From Bacteroidota bacterium (GTDB lineage Bacteria > Bacteroidota > Bacteroidia > AKYH767-A > OLB10), in NCBI GenBank assembly GCA_031363705.1, contig JANLUX010000110.1, positions 1 through 49,956 of the forward strand: a stretch of DNA of 49,956 nucleotides, given 5' to 3'. Both the position numbers and the translations under genes were made by a program. Under the pieces are notes generated by a model. That model had not been told where the DNA came from. It did not search any database and saw only the letters and a list, made by a program, of their open reading frames with translations. This document shows positions 1-9,427 of this stretch, one piece after another. The first letter of the stretch is position 1. Each line of letters begins with the position of its first letter.

Positions 1-209
1 GAATCCTGGTTATCTGCATCAAGCATATTTTCTCCGTAATAAAACCAGATGGTGCCATTGTTTGGCTCTTTCATCACCAATTGCTTATACATTACATTGG
101 CACTTTCGTACTGCTCGTTATCATTTAATTTCTGAGCTTCCTTTAATGATTGCGCGCTGCTAACACTGGCGACAAAAATTAATGCTGACAGAACAAGGTA
201 TTTTTTCAT
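1..209 (-). CDS. Secreted TPR-like repeat protein, N-terminal fragment (gene runs off the left edge)
   Basis: Not in the ORF track because there is no stop in the window. My translation of the minus strand from the ATG at 209-207 is MKKYLVLSALIFVASVSSAQSLKEAQKLNDNEQYESANVMYKQLVMKEPNNGTIWFYYGENMLDADNQD. This is a signal peptide followed by TPR-like helical sequence. It lies 20 nt downstream of the PstS-like gene. Confidence 0.45.
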   Translation of the reverse strand, partial: MKKYLVLSALIFVASVSSAQSLKEAQKLNDNEQYESANVMYKQLVMKEPNNGTIWFYYGENMLDADNQD

Positions 210-229
210 ATCAATTTTCTTTTTACTCA

Positions 230-1165
230 TTAATTTGTATTAATAATTCTCACTGGCATTGTTGCCGGAAGTAATCCCGACAAGCGAATGATGCGTTGTC
301 CGGCATCTCCTGCAACGAATGAAACAAAGCCCGTACCAAGTCCTGCTCTTCCTTCCCGGCTGATCATATAAACTTCACGGGTAAGAGGATATTCTTTAGT
401 TGAAATGTAAGCCTGGTAAGGCTGAAAAAAATCATCATCAGTTGGATTTTCTTTACCGGATAATGCCATCACCCTAATGCGCGAAAGGAAATCCACAACC
501 TGCATATCGTCATGATCACCAATCCAGCTTACGCCAATTACACCAATTGCATTTTTGTTTTTCTCTACATATTCCAATACTTCTCTATTGGTATTTACAG
601 CAAAGCAATAAGAAGGAAATGTATCTGAGTTCATTAAGCTATCGTGCAAATAACGAACTGTGGATGAACCTTTGTTATCAAAAACAAAGGTTATATCACT
701 TAATGGTGATGATGGATTAATTTGCTTCCATGAACTTATTTTTCCGGCAAGTAAATCTCTAAGCTGCGAAATTTTTAAAAGTGAATCGTTATTCGCCCTG
801 TTAATAATAAATGCTAATGCATCAACAGCAACTTTTGTAGTAACCGGAACAAGTTGTCGGGATTTAAAATGATCCTGTTCGTCTGGTTTTAATTTGCGTG
901 AAGCAATAATTACTTTAACTGAATCATTCAATAAATCCTTAAACAATTCTGTTTCGTGCTTATACCCAATATTGATAAAAGCATAACGATACAATCCATG
1001 AAAGGTATCCAGTTCCGCATCCGCTAACGGACGCAGTGTTTCATCGGCAGCAATATTTACTCTGCCTGATGTGGGTGTATCATTATAAGGTGCATTGGGA
1101 TTGGAGTTGCATCCAAAAAATAAAATTGCAGTGAAGAATAAAAAGTATTTGATTTTTAAAAACAT
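230..1165 (-). CDS. PstS-family / PBP-like substrate-binding lipoprotein (no cognate ABC permease or ATPase nearby)
   Basis: 311-aa ORF with a lipoprotein signal (ILFFGCNS). It resembles type-2 periplasmic binding proteins of the phosphate-binding family. It is the last complete gene of the Exb/TonB cluster. Confidence 0.65.
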   Translation of the reverse strand: MFLKIKYFLFFTAILFFGCNSNPNAPYNDTPTSGRVNIAADETLRPLADAELDTFHGLYRYAFINIGYKHETELFKDLLNDSVKVIIASRKLKPDEQDHFKSRQLVPVTTKVAVDALAFIINRANNDSLLKISQLRDLLAGKISSWKQINPSSPLSDITFVFDNKGSSTVRYLHDSLMNSDTFPSYCFAVNTNREVLEYVEKNKNAIGVIGVSWIGDHDDMQVVDFLSRIRVMALSGKENPTDDDFFQPYQAYISTKEYPLTREVYMISREGRAGLGTGFVSFVAGDAGQRIIRLSGLLPATMPVRIINTN

Positions 1166-1193
1166 CTTTTATAAGATTAAGAAGGATTAAACT

Positions 1194-1433
1194 TCACGCA
1201 GAAATTTTCATTTGTTGTTCCTTCCCTGTTTCTTCATTTACAAAAAGGAGATATGGAGAGTCTTTATCCTGAAGCTGTTGTTTTGCATTCAATAATTCAA
1301 TACCATAAACAGTACCATCAGCACTCATATCAATCACAAGTTCTTCACTTATTTTAATTGAGTTAACCGTTTCAGGTTTTTCTCTCATTTGCAAATAAGC
1401 AATATTATAGCGCGGATCATAAGTTAATTTCAT
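1194..1433 (-). CDS. DUF2283 family protein (antitoxin-like small protein)
   Basis: 79 aa. The N-terminus MKLTYDPRYNIAYLQ and the later VIDMSADGTVYGIELLNA match the characteristic DUF2283 pattern (YD-x-D-x-LYI ... D-x-x-G-x-hhGIE). Confidence 0.6.
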   Translation of the reverse strand: MKLTYDPRYNIAYLQMREKPETVNSIKISEELVIDMSADGTVYGIELLNAKQQLQDKDSPYLLFVNEETGKEQQMKISA

Positions 1434-1555
1434 GGTTATAGTTTTAATAATATTTCACAAGTATTGTTATCACAAGCCATGTGTTGTTTTCATTAAGGGC
1501 TACCTGCATTGTTAATTTTGTTTCAAAGATAAACTAACCATTATTTAATAAATAC

Positions 1556-1771
1556 TTACCCCTGATCATGCATTTGTTTGTTCAACTTAACGATACGATA
1601 AGCCCGGTATATTGCATAAAGAATTAAAAACACACCCAGGAAATATTTTTTATTATCCGGAAGCCACACTTCTATACTGTCAGAAAGCATTACGTAAATT
1701 CCCATCAAAGCATACACAACTGTCATTGACAATGTGAAATAGTACAAAACTCCTCCTGAACGCTGTTGCAT
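1556..1771 (-). CDS. Small two-TM membrane protein, unknown function
   Basis: 71 aa with two hydrophobic helices (YYFTLSMTVVYALMGIYVML and YFLGVFLILYAIYRAY) and a basic C-terminal tail. Same strand as its neighbours. Confidence 0.45.
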   Translation of the reverse strand: MQQRSGGVLYYFTLSMTVVYALMGIYVMLSDSIEVWLPDNKKYFLGVFLILYAIYRAYRIVKLNKQMHDQG

Positions 1772-1800
1772 ATTTTATTTAAAATAGAAAGTGTTTAAAA

Positions 1801-1865
1801 CGTCATTGCGAGGAACGAAGCAATCTGTTTATAGCTGCAGATTGCTTTGTTTCTCGCAATGAATG
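1801..1865. repeat. Palindromic REP-like element, family A, degenerate copy
   Basis: Left arm CGTCATTGCGAGGAACGAAGCAATCTG (1801-1827) pairs imperfectly with right arm CAGATTGCTTTGTTTCTCGCAATGAATG (1838-1865). The left arm is identical to the copy at 41797-41822. Confidence 0.85.
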
Positions 1866-1874
1866 TGTATATAA

Positions 1875-2681
1875 TTATTTTGCTAACGTAAACTTAATAG
1901 GCATTACCATTGATACCTGCACTGCTCTTCCGTTTTGTTTTCCCACTGTCCATGCAGGCATCATCTTCGCTACACGCATTGCCTCATCACTCAGCCCGTT
2001 TACACCTCGCTTTATTTCAAAGTCTTTCAGCTTACCATCTTTGTCAACAACAAATCCAATATAAACTGTTCCTTCAATATTGGCTTCTCGCGCCATAGCG
2101 GGGTACTTTAATTTTTTTTGTAAAAACTCCTGTCTTGCTCCATCTCCCCCCGGAAATGCAGGCATCTCTTCTACATAAGTAAATACTTTACCGGCATCAG
2201 GATCTTCTACCAACACTTCGGGCATTGGTTCTGTTGCTCCCTCTTCTCCTTCCTGTGTTACAGTGCTTACAGTTGTTTCACTTAATTTTTCCTGTGGAGG
2301 TGGCTGCTCTTCTTCTATCGGACGATCAACTACAACAGGAGGTGTGAACTTCACCGTTTCAATTGTAGGTGGTGGTGGCGGTGGTGGTGGGGGTGGCGGT
2401 TCCTTCTCATCAATAGGAGGAGGTTCCGTTAATGTTACTTCAACCTCAATTGGCTTGGTATTTAAATCGTCCATACCACCTGCAATCAATTTATAAATAA
2501 CCGGAGCACTTATGCACAACGTAAAAAATAACACTGAAAAAATTAATGCACGTGCAATATTTTTCTGGTAGTCTTTACGCAGCTGGTAAGCTCCATACTC
2601 CTTTTGTCTGTTTGCGAAAACCAACTCCGCACGTTCAGGAGAAACGACATTGTCCCATGAGGGAGTGAATAATTCTGCCAT
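1875..2681 (-). CDS. tonB: TonB family energy transducer
   Basis: N-terminal TM anchor, a Pro-rich spacer containing a run of 12 Pro, and a C-terminal TonB domain (YPAMAREANIEGTVYIGFVVDKDGKL). It follows exbB-exbD-exbD. Confidence 0.9.
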   Translation of the reverse strand: MAELFTPSWDNVVSPERAELVFANRQKEYGAYQLRKDYQKNIARALIFSVLFFTLCISAPVIYKLIAGGMDDLNTKPIEVEVTLTEPPPIDEKEPPPPPPPPPPPTIETVKFTPPVVVDRPIEEEQPPPQEKLSETTVSTVTQEGEEGATEPMPEVLVEDPDAGKVFTYVEEMPAFPGGDGARQEFLQKKLKYPAMAREANIEGTVYIGFVVDKDGKLKDFEIKRGVNGLSDEAMRVAKMMPAWTVGKQNGRAVQVSMVMPIKFTLAK

Positions 2682-2685
2682 TATT

Positions 2686-3300
2686 TTACGGGTTTATTGC
2701 ATTAATCAAATCATATTCCTGCTTTGAGATATCCACCAAAGCATATTTTCCAATAAAAGCACTATTTAATTCATCCAGTGCATCCACCACATTTTTATAC
2801 TTGGCTTTGTCATCTGTTTTAACCAAAACCATCAAAGCTTTTTTATCGCCTTTAATATCCACCTCCATTCTTTTCAAAGTGGTATCAGCCACATTATTTT
2901 TTGTTGCCTGATTTCTGAGATCGCTAATCCTGTCAACAGCAAATTGATTTTTTTCAAGTAATAACTTGCGCATTCCTGAAGGAGAGAAATCAGTTGGCGT
3001 TAATTGGGTTTCCGGTTTCAGCTCACCAAAATACCAGTAAACCTTATTTTTATCTGTCAATAATAATGTAAGCGCATTGTTTACTAAAGAAGGAGGCGTA
3101 TTAGGATCTTTTACAGGCATATTAATCTCCATCGTTTTTGGTTTACCAAAAGTGGTGGTCAACATAAAAAAAGTAAGTAACAGAAACGCCAGGTCAACCA
3201 TTGGCGTCATATCTATATGGGTGGAATTCTTTTTTGCGCGAAGCTTTTTGTGCTTGCCTTTTTTCTCGCCACCACCATCACCGGTTTGTACTTCAGCCAT
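2686..3300 (-). CDS. exbD: ExbD/TolR biopolymer transport protein
   Basis: Motif DMTPMVDLAFLLLTFFM at the single TM helix. 204 aa. Confidence 0.9.
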   Translation of the reverse strand: MAEVQTGDGGGEKKGKHKKLRAKKNSTHIDMTPMVDLAFLLLTFFMLTTTFGKPKTMEINMPVKDPNTPPSLVNNALTLLLTDKNKVYWYFGELKPETQLTPTDFSPSGMRKLLLEKNQFAVDRISDLRNQATKNNVADTTLKRMEVDIKGDKKALMVLVKTDDKAKYKNVVDALDELNSAFIGKYALVDISKQEYDLINAINP

Positions 3301-3303
3301 TGT

Positions 3304-3954
3304 TTATCCTCCTTTTTGATTTGGATCCTGCTCTAAGTCTGTAATCAGGTTAAAGCGATTTACTTTCATTTCCTGGAATACTTCTATAACGCGTTTTATT
3401 GAAGTGTAATTGGCATTGCCATCACCTTTTATGGCAAAACGTAACTGCTTGTTTTTATCCACTTTTTCTCCTTTGCGTTTATCTGCTTCAGCAAAACGGC
3501 CATAATAAATCCATTGTCCTAACTGATTGTTTAATGAATCAATCGGAATTCCCTGGCTTTTTTTCATGAAGGCTTTTCGCTCCTGTTCTCCTAATGAAAG
3601 ATATTGTTTCAATTGCTGAACCGTCATACCAAATGTGCTCATGATTGAAAACCTGTTCACTTCATCAGGAGTAAATTCTACGCCATACTTGTCACCCATT
3701 TTCAACAGAAGATTTTTTCTTACTTCTTTGCCTTCCAGATTAAAGAAAACACGGTTTGCCGAATCTACCGTTATCAACATCACATTATCAGGAAGAATTT
3801 TTTCTGAAATGGACGAAGGGGCATCTACCACCACAGGCTCATCAGGACGGAACTGCGTGGTAAGCATAAAAAAAGTTACCAGGAGAAAGGCAAGATCCAC
3901 CATTGGAGTCATATCCAATGAAGGACTTTTCCTGGGCATCTTTATTTTAGACAT
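3304..3954 (-). CDS. exbD: ExbD/TolR biopolymer transport protein (second paralogue)
   Basis: Motif DMTPMVDLAFLLVTFFM. 216 aa. 3-nt gap to the downstream exbD. Confidence 0.9.
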   Translation of the reverse strand: MSKIKMPRKSPSLDMTPMVDLAFLLVTFFMLTTQFRPDEPVVVDAPSSISEKILPDNVMLITVDSANRVFFNLEGKEVRKNLLLKMGDKYGVEFTPDEVNRFSIMSTFGMTVQQLKQYLSLGEQERKAFMKKSQGIPIDSLNNQLGQWIYYGRFAEADKRKGEKVDKNKQLRFAIKGDGNANYTSIKRVIEVFQEMKVNRFNLITDLEQDPNQKGG

Positions 3955-4024
3955 TCTTGCGGTTTTTAAAGTTCAACGATTAAAATTTAAATTTAAGATG
4001 CATGGGCATCAAAAATTCCACAAA

Positions 4025-4828
4025 TTAATTTTTGGCTGTGAATGTTTGAACGATGCTGTAACCTGCCTCATCAATACCATAAGTGATGGAATCAATCTTA
4101 TTGGTAAAGAAATTATAGAATACAATTGCGATGGCAGAGGTTGCAATTCCAAGACCGGTATTGATCAATGCTTCAGAGATACCGGTTGCAAGCGCAACAG
4201 CATCAGGTGAACCAGCTTGTGCAAGTGCAGCAAATGCACGGATCATACCGATTACAGTACCTAACAATCCCATCAGAGTAGCAATGGATGCAATAGTGGA
4301 AATGATAACAAGATTTTTTGAGAGCATTGGCAATTCCAATGTTGTGGCTTCTTCAATTTCTTTTTGAATGGCTGCTACTTTATGCTCTTTGTCGAGGGAT
4401 TTTTCTGTTTCCATCTGGCGGTATGATTGCAAACCTGCTTTTACCACAGCTGCTATTGAACCTTTCTGGCGATCACATTCCTGGTTAGCAGCTTCTATAT
4501 CTCCACGTGATAAAGCAGCACGGATTTTATTGATGAATACATCAATACGTCCTTTACCTTTAGAGTTATTAATGGTGATGAATCGCTCAATAACGAAAGT
4601 GACCACAATAATTAATAAAGCCATCAATAAAGGCACAATGATTCCACCTTTGTAAATAATGCCAAGATAATTGCCTGGAAGCGGGTTCAGCTCAGGATTA
4701 TTATCCTGAAAATTAGCTGGATTACCCATCACAAATTTGTAAATAATGTAGGAAAGAACTAACGATGTAGGAATAACTATCGCTGCTAATATTCCCTGGA
4801 TGCCTGATCCTGATTTTGTCTCGCTCAT
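4025..4828 (-). CDS. exbB: MotA/TolQ/ExbB proton channel
   Basis: 267 aa with three TM helices. The C-terminal TolQ/ExbB signature region is LGLLGTVIGMIRAF...ALATGISEALINTGLGI. Confidence 0.9.
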   Translation of the reverse strand: MSETKSGSGIQGILAAIVIPTSLVLSYIIYKFVMGNPANFQDNNPELNPLPGNYLGIIYKGGIIVPLLMALLIIVVTFVIERFITINNSKGKGRIDVFINKIRAALSRGDIEAANQECDRQKGSIAAVVKAGLQSYRQMETEKSLDKEHKVAAIQKEIEEATTLELPMLSKNLVIISTIASIATLMGLLGTVIGMIRAFAALAQAGSPDAVALATGISEALINTGLGIATSAIAIVFYNFFTNKIDSITYGIDEAGYSIVQTFTAKN

Positions 4829-5011
4829 AGATGTTTGCTATTTAGGTTTTCAGATTTTTTTTGTTTTTCTGTTTTTTAGAGGGGTACAATATTAACTAAA
4901 ACAGATAATAATCAAAACCCCGCCATAATTAAATTGTTGTTTTATCAATTGCTTGTTTTACTTATCAGTGACAATGGAATTATTATTTATAAAAACTCTA
5001 TGCCTGATTAT

Positions 5012-5503
5012 TCAGTTTCTGAAATTAACATACTGCAGCGGCACATCAAGCTTCATCCTCTTTACCAAGGCAATCACATTTTGTAAATCATCCAGCTTTT
5101 TGCCTGTAACGCGAATTTGTTCATCCATTATTGAACCCTGTACTTTTATTCCTGATTCTTTTATTGCTTTCACAATCTTCTTTGCTGTTTCTTTATCAAC
5201 TCCTTCTTTCACTTTTATATCTTTCCTTATCATATTACCTGAAGCATAATGCTCTTTTCCATAATCGAGAGCCGATGGCTCTAATCCCTGTTTCACCATT
5301 CTGCCGATTATCACATCCTGAACTGCTTTCATACGCATTTCATTCTCTGTAATTATTTGTAGCATTAAGGTCTTTTTATCCAGTTCAAGCGTTGTTTTTG
5401 AACCATGGAAATCATATCGGTTGGCAATCTCCTTTAAAGCCACATTAATGGCATTATCCAGTTTTTGTTTGTCAATTTCACTTACTATGTCAAAAGATGG
5501 CAT
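5012..5503 (-). CDS. yajQ: YajQ family nucleotide (cyclic di-GMP) binding protein
   Basis: 163 aa. The N-terminus MPSFDIVSEIDKQKLDNAINVALKEIANRYDFHGS is typical of UPF0234/YajQ. Confidence 0.9.
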   Translation of the reverse strand: MPSFDIVSEIDKQKLDNAINVALKEIANRYDFHGSKTTLELDKKTLMLQIITENEMRMKAVQDVIIGRMVKQGLEPSALDYGKEHYASGNMIRKDIKVKEGVDKETAKKIVKAIKESGIKVQGSIMDEQIRVTGKKLDDLQNVIALVKRMKLDVPLQYVNFRN

Positions 5504-5677
5504 CTCATAAAAGCTTTGTGTGATATAGTGCGTAATATTAATCGAAAATCCGATTCATTAATCCTTACTTTTGTTTGATTCGAATGTGTTTAAAACAGTA
5601 CATAAATCTTTAAGCAACTATAAGCAACTAATTAATGAATATTTGCGTCTGAAAAAGCTATAAATCTAATAACGATA

Positions 5678-7948
5678 ATGAAAAACCTTTTACTATTTAT
5701 CTCTCTATGGATATGCTCCGGTATTGGTACTTTACCGGCACAAAATTTAAGGCCTGATACCCGTCCTCCTGTTTTTATCAATGGTAATATCCTTCAAAAT
5801 CCATGGACCGGTGGCGCAAACAGCCCCATTTTTTCGCAATTAGATTTAAATGGCGATGGCAAGCTTGATCTAATAACATTTGATGTGGTAGGTGCCCGTT
5901 TATCACCTTACTTAAATATAGGTCATACGGGTCAATCCAAATATCGTTACGCATCACAATATCTGAGTAAATTTCCTGCTTTGCATGATTGGGTTCGCAC
6001 CTATGACTTTGATTGTGATGGCGACTTAGATCTGTTTACTTATGGCAATGCAGGTATTGCAGTTTACAGAAATGATTACAGCACAGCCATCGGTTTAAAA
6101 TTTTCACTGCTGACTAATCAGATCAATACGCATTATGGTTCCATTCAAACCAATTTATATGTAAATGGTGTCACCATTCCGGGTTTTGCGGATGTAGATG
6201 GTGATGGTGATATGGATATTCTTGCATTCCCCGTTTCAGGCAGCTGGGTGGAGTTTCATAAAAATTATGCTATGGATTCAACAGGCAGTTGTGCAGGTTT
6301 TCTATTTCACATTCAATTCCATTATCCCTCACAGATCCCTGAAATGTGGGGACATTTTTTCCTTAGTGGTATGTCTAATGTAGCCATATTGGGCATTCAG
6401 CGTCCTGCTCCTCCCGATCCTATTAATCAACAGGTAAAAATCACATCCGCTAACCTGCATTCTGGCTCTGCGCTTTGGGGTTTTGATTTTGAATGTGATA
6501 ATGATATAGATCTGTTTAACGGTGACATTCTGGGTTCTAATTTGCTTTTTCTAAAAAACGGTGGTCCTCCTGACTCAATGGTAACACAGGACACGCTCTT
6601 TCCTTCTTATGACACACCAGTGCACATGGAAAACATCCCTTGTCCTTCATTGTTAGATGTGGATAATGATGGTAAAAAAGATTTGTTGGTTACCCCGTTT
6701 GCAAATGTTGGTGAAGATTATAACAATGTATGGCTTTATAATAACCAGGCGGATAATTGCAACCCTTTCTTCCACCTTACCACTAATCGTTTTTTAGTGG
6801 ATCAGATGATTGATGTGGGCACCTCTGCACGTCCGGTTTTTGTGGATGTTGATGCAGATGGTTTACAGGATATGCTTATTGCCAATCTTCAGTATTATAA
6901 TAATGCAAATCCTTCCGCTTCATACAGCCGTATTGCATACTTCCGAAATACCGGCACATCCACTTTTCCTATTTTTACATTGATTGATACCGATTATGCT
7001 AACTGCTCCTCGCTTGGCGTATTAGGTTTACATCCTGCTTTTGGCGATCTTGATGGTGATGGTGATCAGGATTTATTGATGGGCACTGATGCAGGAACTA
7101 TCATTTATTATGAGAATAATGCAGGAGCAGGAAACCCTGTAAATTTAACTTTTATGCAAGGCTCTTATTTTGCCATTGATGTGGGAGCTAACAGTGCGCC
7201 ACAGATTATTGATATTGATAAAGATGGATTATTGGATCTGCTCATAGGCGAACGCGCAGGAAATTTAAATTATTATCATAACACTGGTACTATTACTTCC
7301 CCTGTTTTTACAACCCTCACAAGCAACAATTTTGGTGGGGTAAATGTGATTAAAACAAATGCAATTCAGGGTAACAGCGCACCGTTGCTGTTCACTCATA
7401 ATGGTGGCTATGAGTTACTGGTAGGTTCTGAAAGCGGTTATATTTATCAATACAATAACATTGATGGTAATTTAAGTGGTGTTTTCACTTTGGTTGATTC
7501 TACTTATGAAAATATTTACGAGCCCTCTCATGCCACCATAGCTATGACTGATATTGATGGTGATTCTAAATTTGATTTACTGGTTGGCTGCCAGGCTGGC
7601 GGAGTGCGCTTATACACTCAACGGAATCCCGTTATTGTGAGTCATCCTCCTACTGCCATTGCTTATAATTCGGCTAAAATGGGTGATGAAAACGAAAATT
7701 GGGAGGCTTCGAATTTCTCTCTTTTTCCATCTCCTGCATCCGAAGTATTAAATATTCAAATAAATAAAAATGAATCTTCACCGTTTTCTCTTCAGATAAT
7801 TAATCTGCTTGGAGAGCAAGTGCTTCAGTTAACAAAAATTGTTTCTTCTACAGTTTCCGTTGACATTCACACCCTCGAGGCAGGTATTTATTATGTCCGG
7901 GTTAAAAATGCAAACGGTGAAAGCATTCAGAAATTTATCAAACAATAA
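5678..7948 (+). CDS. FG-GAP/VCBS repeat protein with T9SS C-terminal sorting domain
   Basis: Signal peptide. Repeated D-x-D/N-x-D-G-x-x-D calcium-binding loops (DLNGDGKLD, DFDCDGDLD, DVDGDGDMD, DLDGDGDQD, DIDKDGLLD, DIDGDSKFD). The C-terminal roughly 80 aa (FPSPASEVLNIQI...GIYYVRVKN) resemble a T9SS CTD. Confidence 0.85.
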   Translation: MKNLLLFISLWICSGIGTLPAQNLRPDTRPPVFINGNILQNPWTGGANSPIFSQLDLNGDGKLDLITFDVVGARLSPYLNIGHTGQSKYRYASQYLSKFPALHDWVRTYDFDCDGDLDLFTYGNAGIAVYRNDYSTAIGLKFSLLTNQINTHYGSIQTNLYVNGVTIPGFADVDGDGDMDILAFPVSGSWVEFHKNYAMDSTGSCAGFLFHIQFHYPSQIPEMWGHFFLSGMSNVAILGIQRPAPPDPINQQVKITSANLHSGSALWGFDFECDNDIDLFNGDILGSNLLFLKNGGPPDSMVTQDTLFPSYDTPVHMENIPCPSLLDVDNDGKKDLLVTPFANVGEDYNNVWLYNNQADNCNPFFHLTTNRFLVDQMIDVGTSARPVFVDVDADGLQDMLIANLQYYNNANPSASYSRIAYFRNTGTSTFPIFTLIDTDYANCSSLGVLGLHPAFGDLDGDGDQDLLMGTDAGTIIYYENNAGAGNPVNLTFMQGSYFAIDVGANSAPQIIDIDKDGLLDLLIGERAGNLNYYHNTGTITSPVFTTLTSNNFGGVNVIKTNAIQGNSAPLLFTHNGGYELLVGSESGYIYQYNNIDGNLSGVFTLVDSTYENIYEPSHATIAMTDIDGDSKFDLLVGCQAGGVRLYTQRNPVIVSHPPTAIAYNSAKMGDENENWEASNFSLFPSPASEVLNIQINKNESSPFSLQIINLLGEQVLQLTKIVSSTVSVDIHTLEAGIYYVRVKNANGESIQKFIKQ

Positions 7949-9420
7949 TGAAGCATATCAGAATATTAAGAAATCTTTTTTTCTTTTTAATAATTATATC
8001 TTTTACATCCTGCAAAAAAGATAAACCGGAAGAACCCCTTACCGTGGTCTCCGATTTTCCACCTGATGTAGATGCCATCATTACCAAAAAATGCGCAACA
8101 GCTGGTTGTCATAATGCTGCGGGTAAAGCCACTGCTGGTGGACTTGATTTAAGTGATATGGAGCACATGCTCGAGGGAAATAGTTCAGGTGCTGTCATAA
8201 TTCCTTTCCGCCCTGACCAAAGCACACTCTTGTTTTTCACCAATACAGATTCTACACTAGGCACGGTCTTAAAACCTACCATGCCTTACAATTTACCTCC
8301 TCTTAGCACGCAGGAATATCTTACGCTGAAAAACTGGATAGCCAGTGGCGCACCTGATAAATATGGCACCATTCCTTTTTCAGGCAATCCTTTGCGCAGA
8401 AAATTTTATGTAGTCAACCAGGGTTGCGATCTGCTTTCAGTTTTTGATGCTCAAAAAAGAGTGATCATGCGATATCAAGATTTAGGAGTGCAGGCTGGTA
8501 TCAGCGAATCACCACATAATATTAAAGTAACACCTGATGGACAATATTTTCTCGTAGTATTTCTCTTTGGCGACTTTGTGCAAATGTACCGCACCCAGGA
8601 TGATAGCCTCGTGGCAACCATTCCTATCGGAGATGGCATTTCCGGCAATTGGAATACAATCACCATCTCCAGCGACTCACGCAAAGCGTATGCTGTTGAT
8701 TACTCAGGCAACCGCATTGCCTTTATCGATCTGCTTTCAAAAACCTCTGCTACCAAAGGTCCCTTTGCATTATTCTATGGCAGCGGTCTGCATGGTGTCG
8801 CATTAAATGCTACTGACGACACCTTGTATGTAACAGAAGATTTAGGCAACGGTTTATTAACAATTCCTGTCAATGATATTCCCGGTTATGATGAACGCAA
8901 CATTCGGGCGCTTTATCCTGATACAGCCGCACTGGGCATTCATGAAGTAGCTTTCACACCTGATCACAGCAAATATTTTATCACCTGCGGCAATGCCAAC
9001 CAGGTATGGGTGTTTGATGCAGCCACCAATGCACTGCTCGACACCTTTCATGTAGCACAAAAACCACTTGAAATAGCATTCTCAAAATCAAGTGCAACAC
9101 CTTATATATTTATCACCTGCCAGGAAGCAACTGTTTTTCCAAACACCATTGGCGCTGTTGAAGTAATCAACTACCAGACTATGCAGCATGTAAAAACCCT
9201 TCAGGCCGGCTGGCAGCCGCATGGCATTGCTGTGGATGATGTAGGCGGTTTGGTGTATGTTATAAATCGAAACATAAATATTAACGGCCCTGCTCCTCAC
9301 CACTCCACAAATTGCGGGCGTAATGGCTGGCTCAGCACATTTAATTTAAACACACTGCAGAAACTTAACGGTTCGCCTGAACTATCTTCTGATCCTTATC
9401 AGATAGCCATCCGTCCTTAG
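7948..9420 (+). CDS. Lipoprotein with an N-terminal PSCyt1-like cytochrome motif and a YVTN-type beta-propeller
   Basis: The start ATG overlaps the upstream TAA stop (TAATG at 7946-7950). Lipobox SFTSC. The N-terminal region KKCATAGCHNAAGKATAGGLDLS...MPYNLPPLSTQEYLTLKNWIASGAP resembles the Planctomycete-type cytochrome c domain but has CX4CH. Propeller blades repeat (FYVVNQG, AYAVDYSG, LYVTEDLG, YFITCGN, VYVINRN). Confidence 0.65.
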   Translation: MKHIRILRNLFFFLIIISFTSCKKDKPEEPLTVVSDFPPDVDAIITKKCATAGCHNAAGKATAGGLDLSDMEHMLEGNSSGAVIIPFRPDQSTLLFFTNTDSTLGTVLKPTMPYNLPPLSTQEYLTLKNWIASGAPDKYGTIPFSGNPLRRKFYVVNQGCDLLSVFDAQKRVIMRYQDLGVQAGISESPHNIKVTPDGQYFLVVFLFGDFVQMYRTQDDSLVATIPIGDGISGNWNTITISSDSRKAYAVDYSGNRIAFIDLLSKTSATKGPFALFYGSGLHGVALNATDDTLYVTEDLGNGLLTIPVNDIPGYDERNIRALYPDTAALGIHEVAFTPDHSKYFITCGNANQVWVFDAATNALLDTFHVAQKPLEIAFSKSSATPYIFITCQEATVFPNTIGAVEVINYQTMQHVKTLQAGWQPHGIAVDDVGGLVYVINRNININGPAPHHSTNCGRNGWLSTFNLNTLQKLNGSPELSSDPYQIAIRP

Positions 9421-9427
9421 TATATTT

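Noticed and set aside
2263-2496. Plus-strand ORF encoding a poly-Gly run
   Set aside because: It is the antisense reading of the TonB poly-Pro tract (CCN/GGN) and not an independent gene.
3635-4210. 191-aa plus-strand ORF, with similar long antisense ORFs at 30708-31103, 44060-44470, 48639-49028, 20871-21203, 31474-31842 and 33579-33869
   Set aside because: All lie entirely antisense to well-supported genes. Their composition is low-complexity or odd and shows no recognisable motifs. They are typical shadow ORFs.
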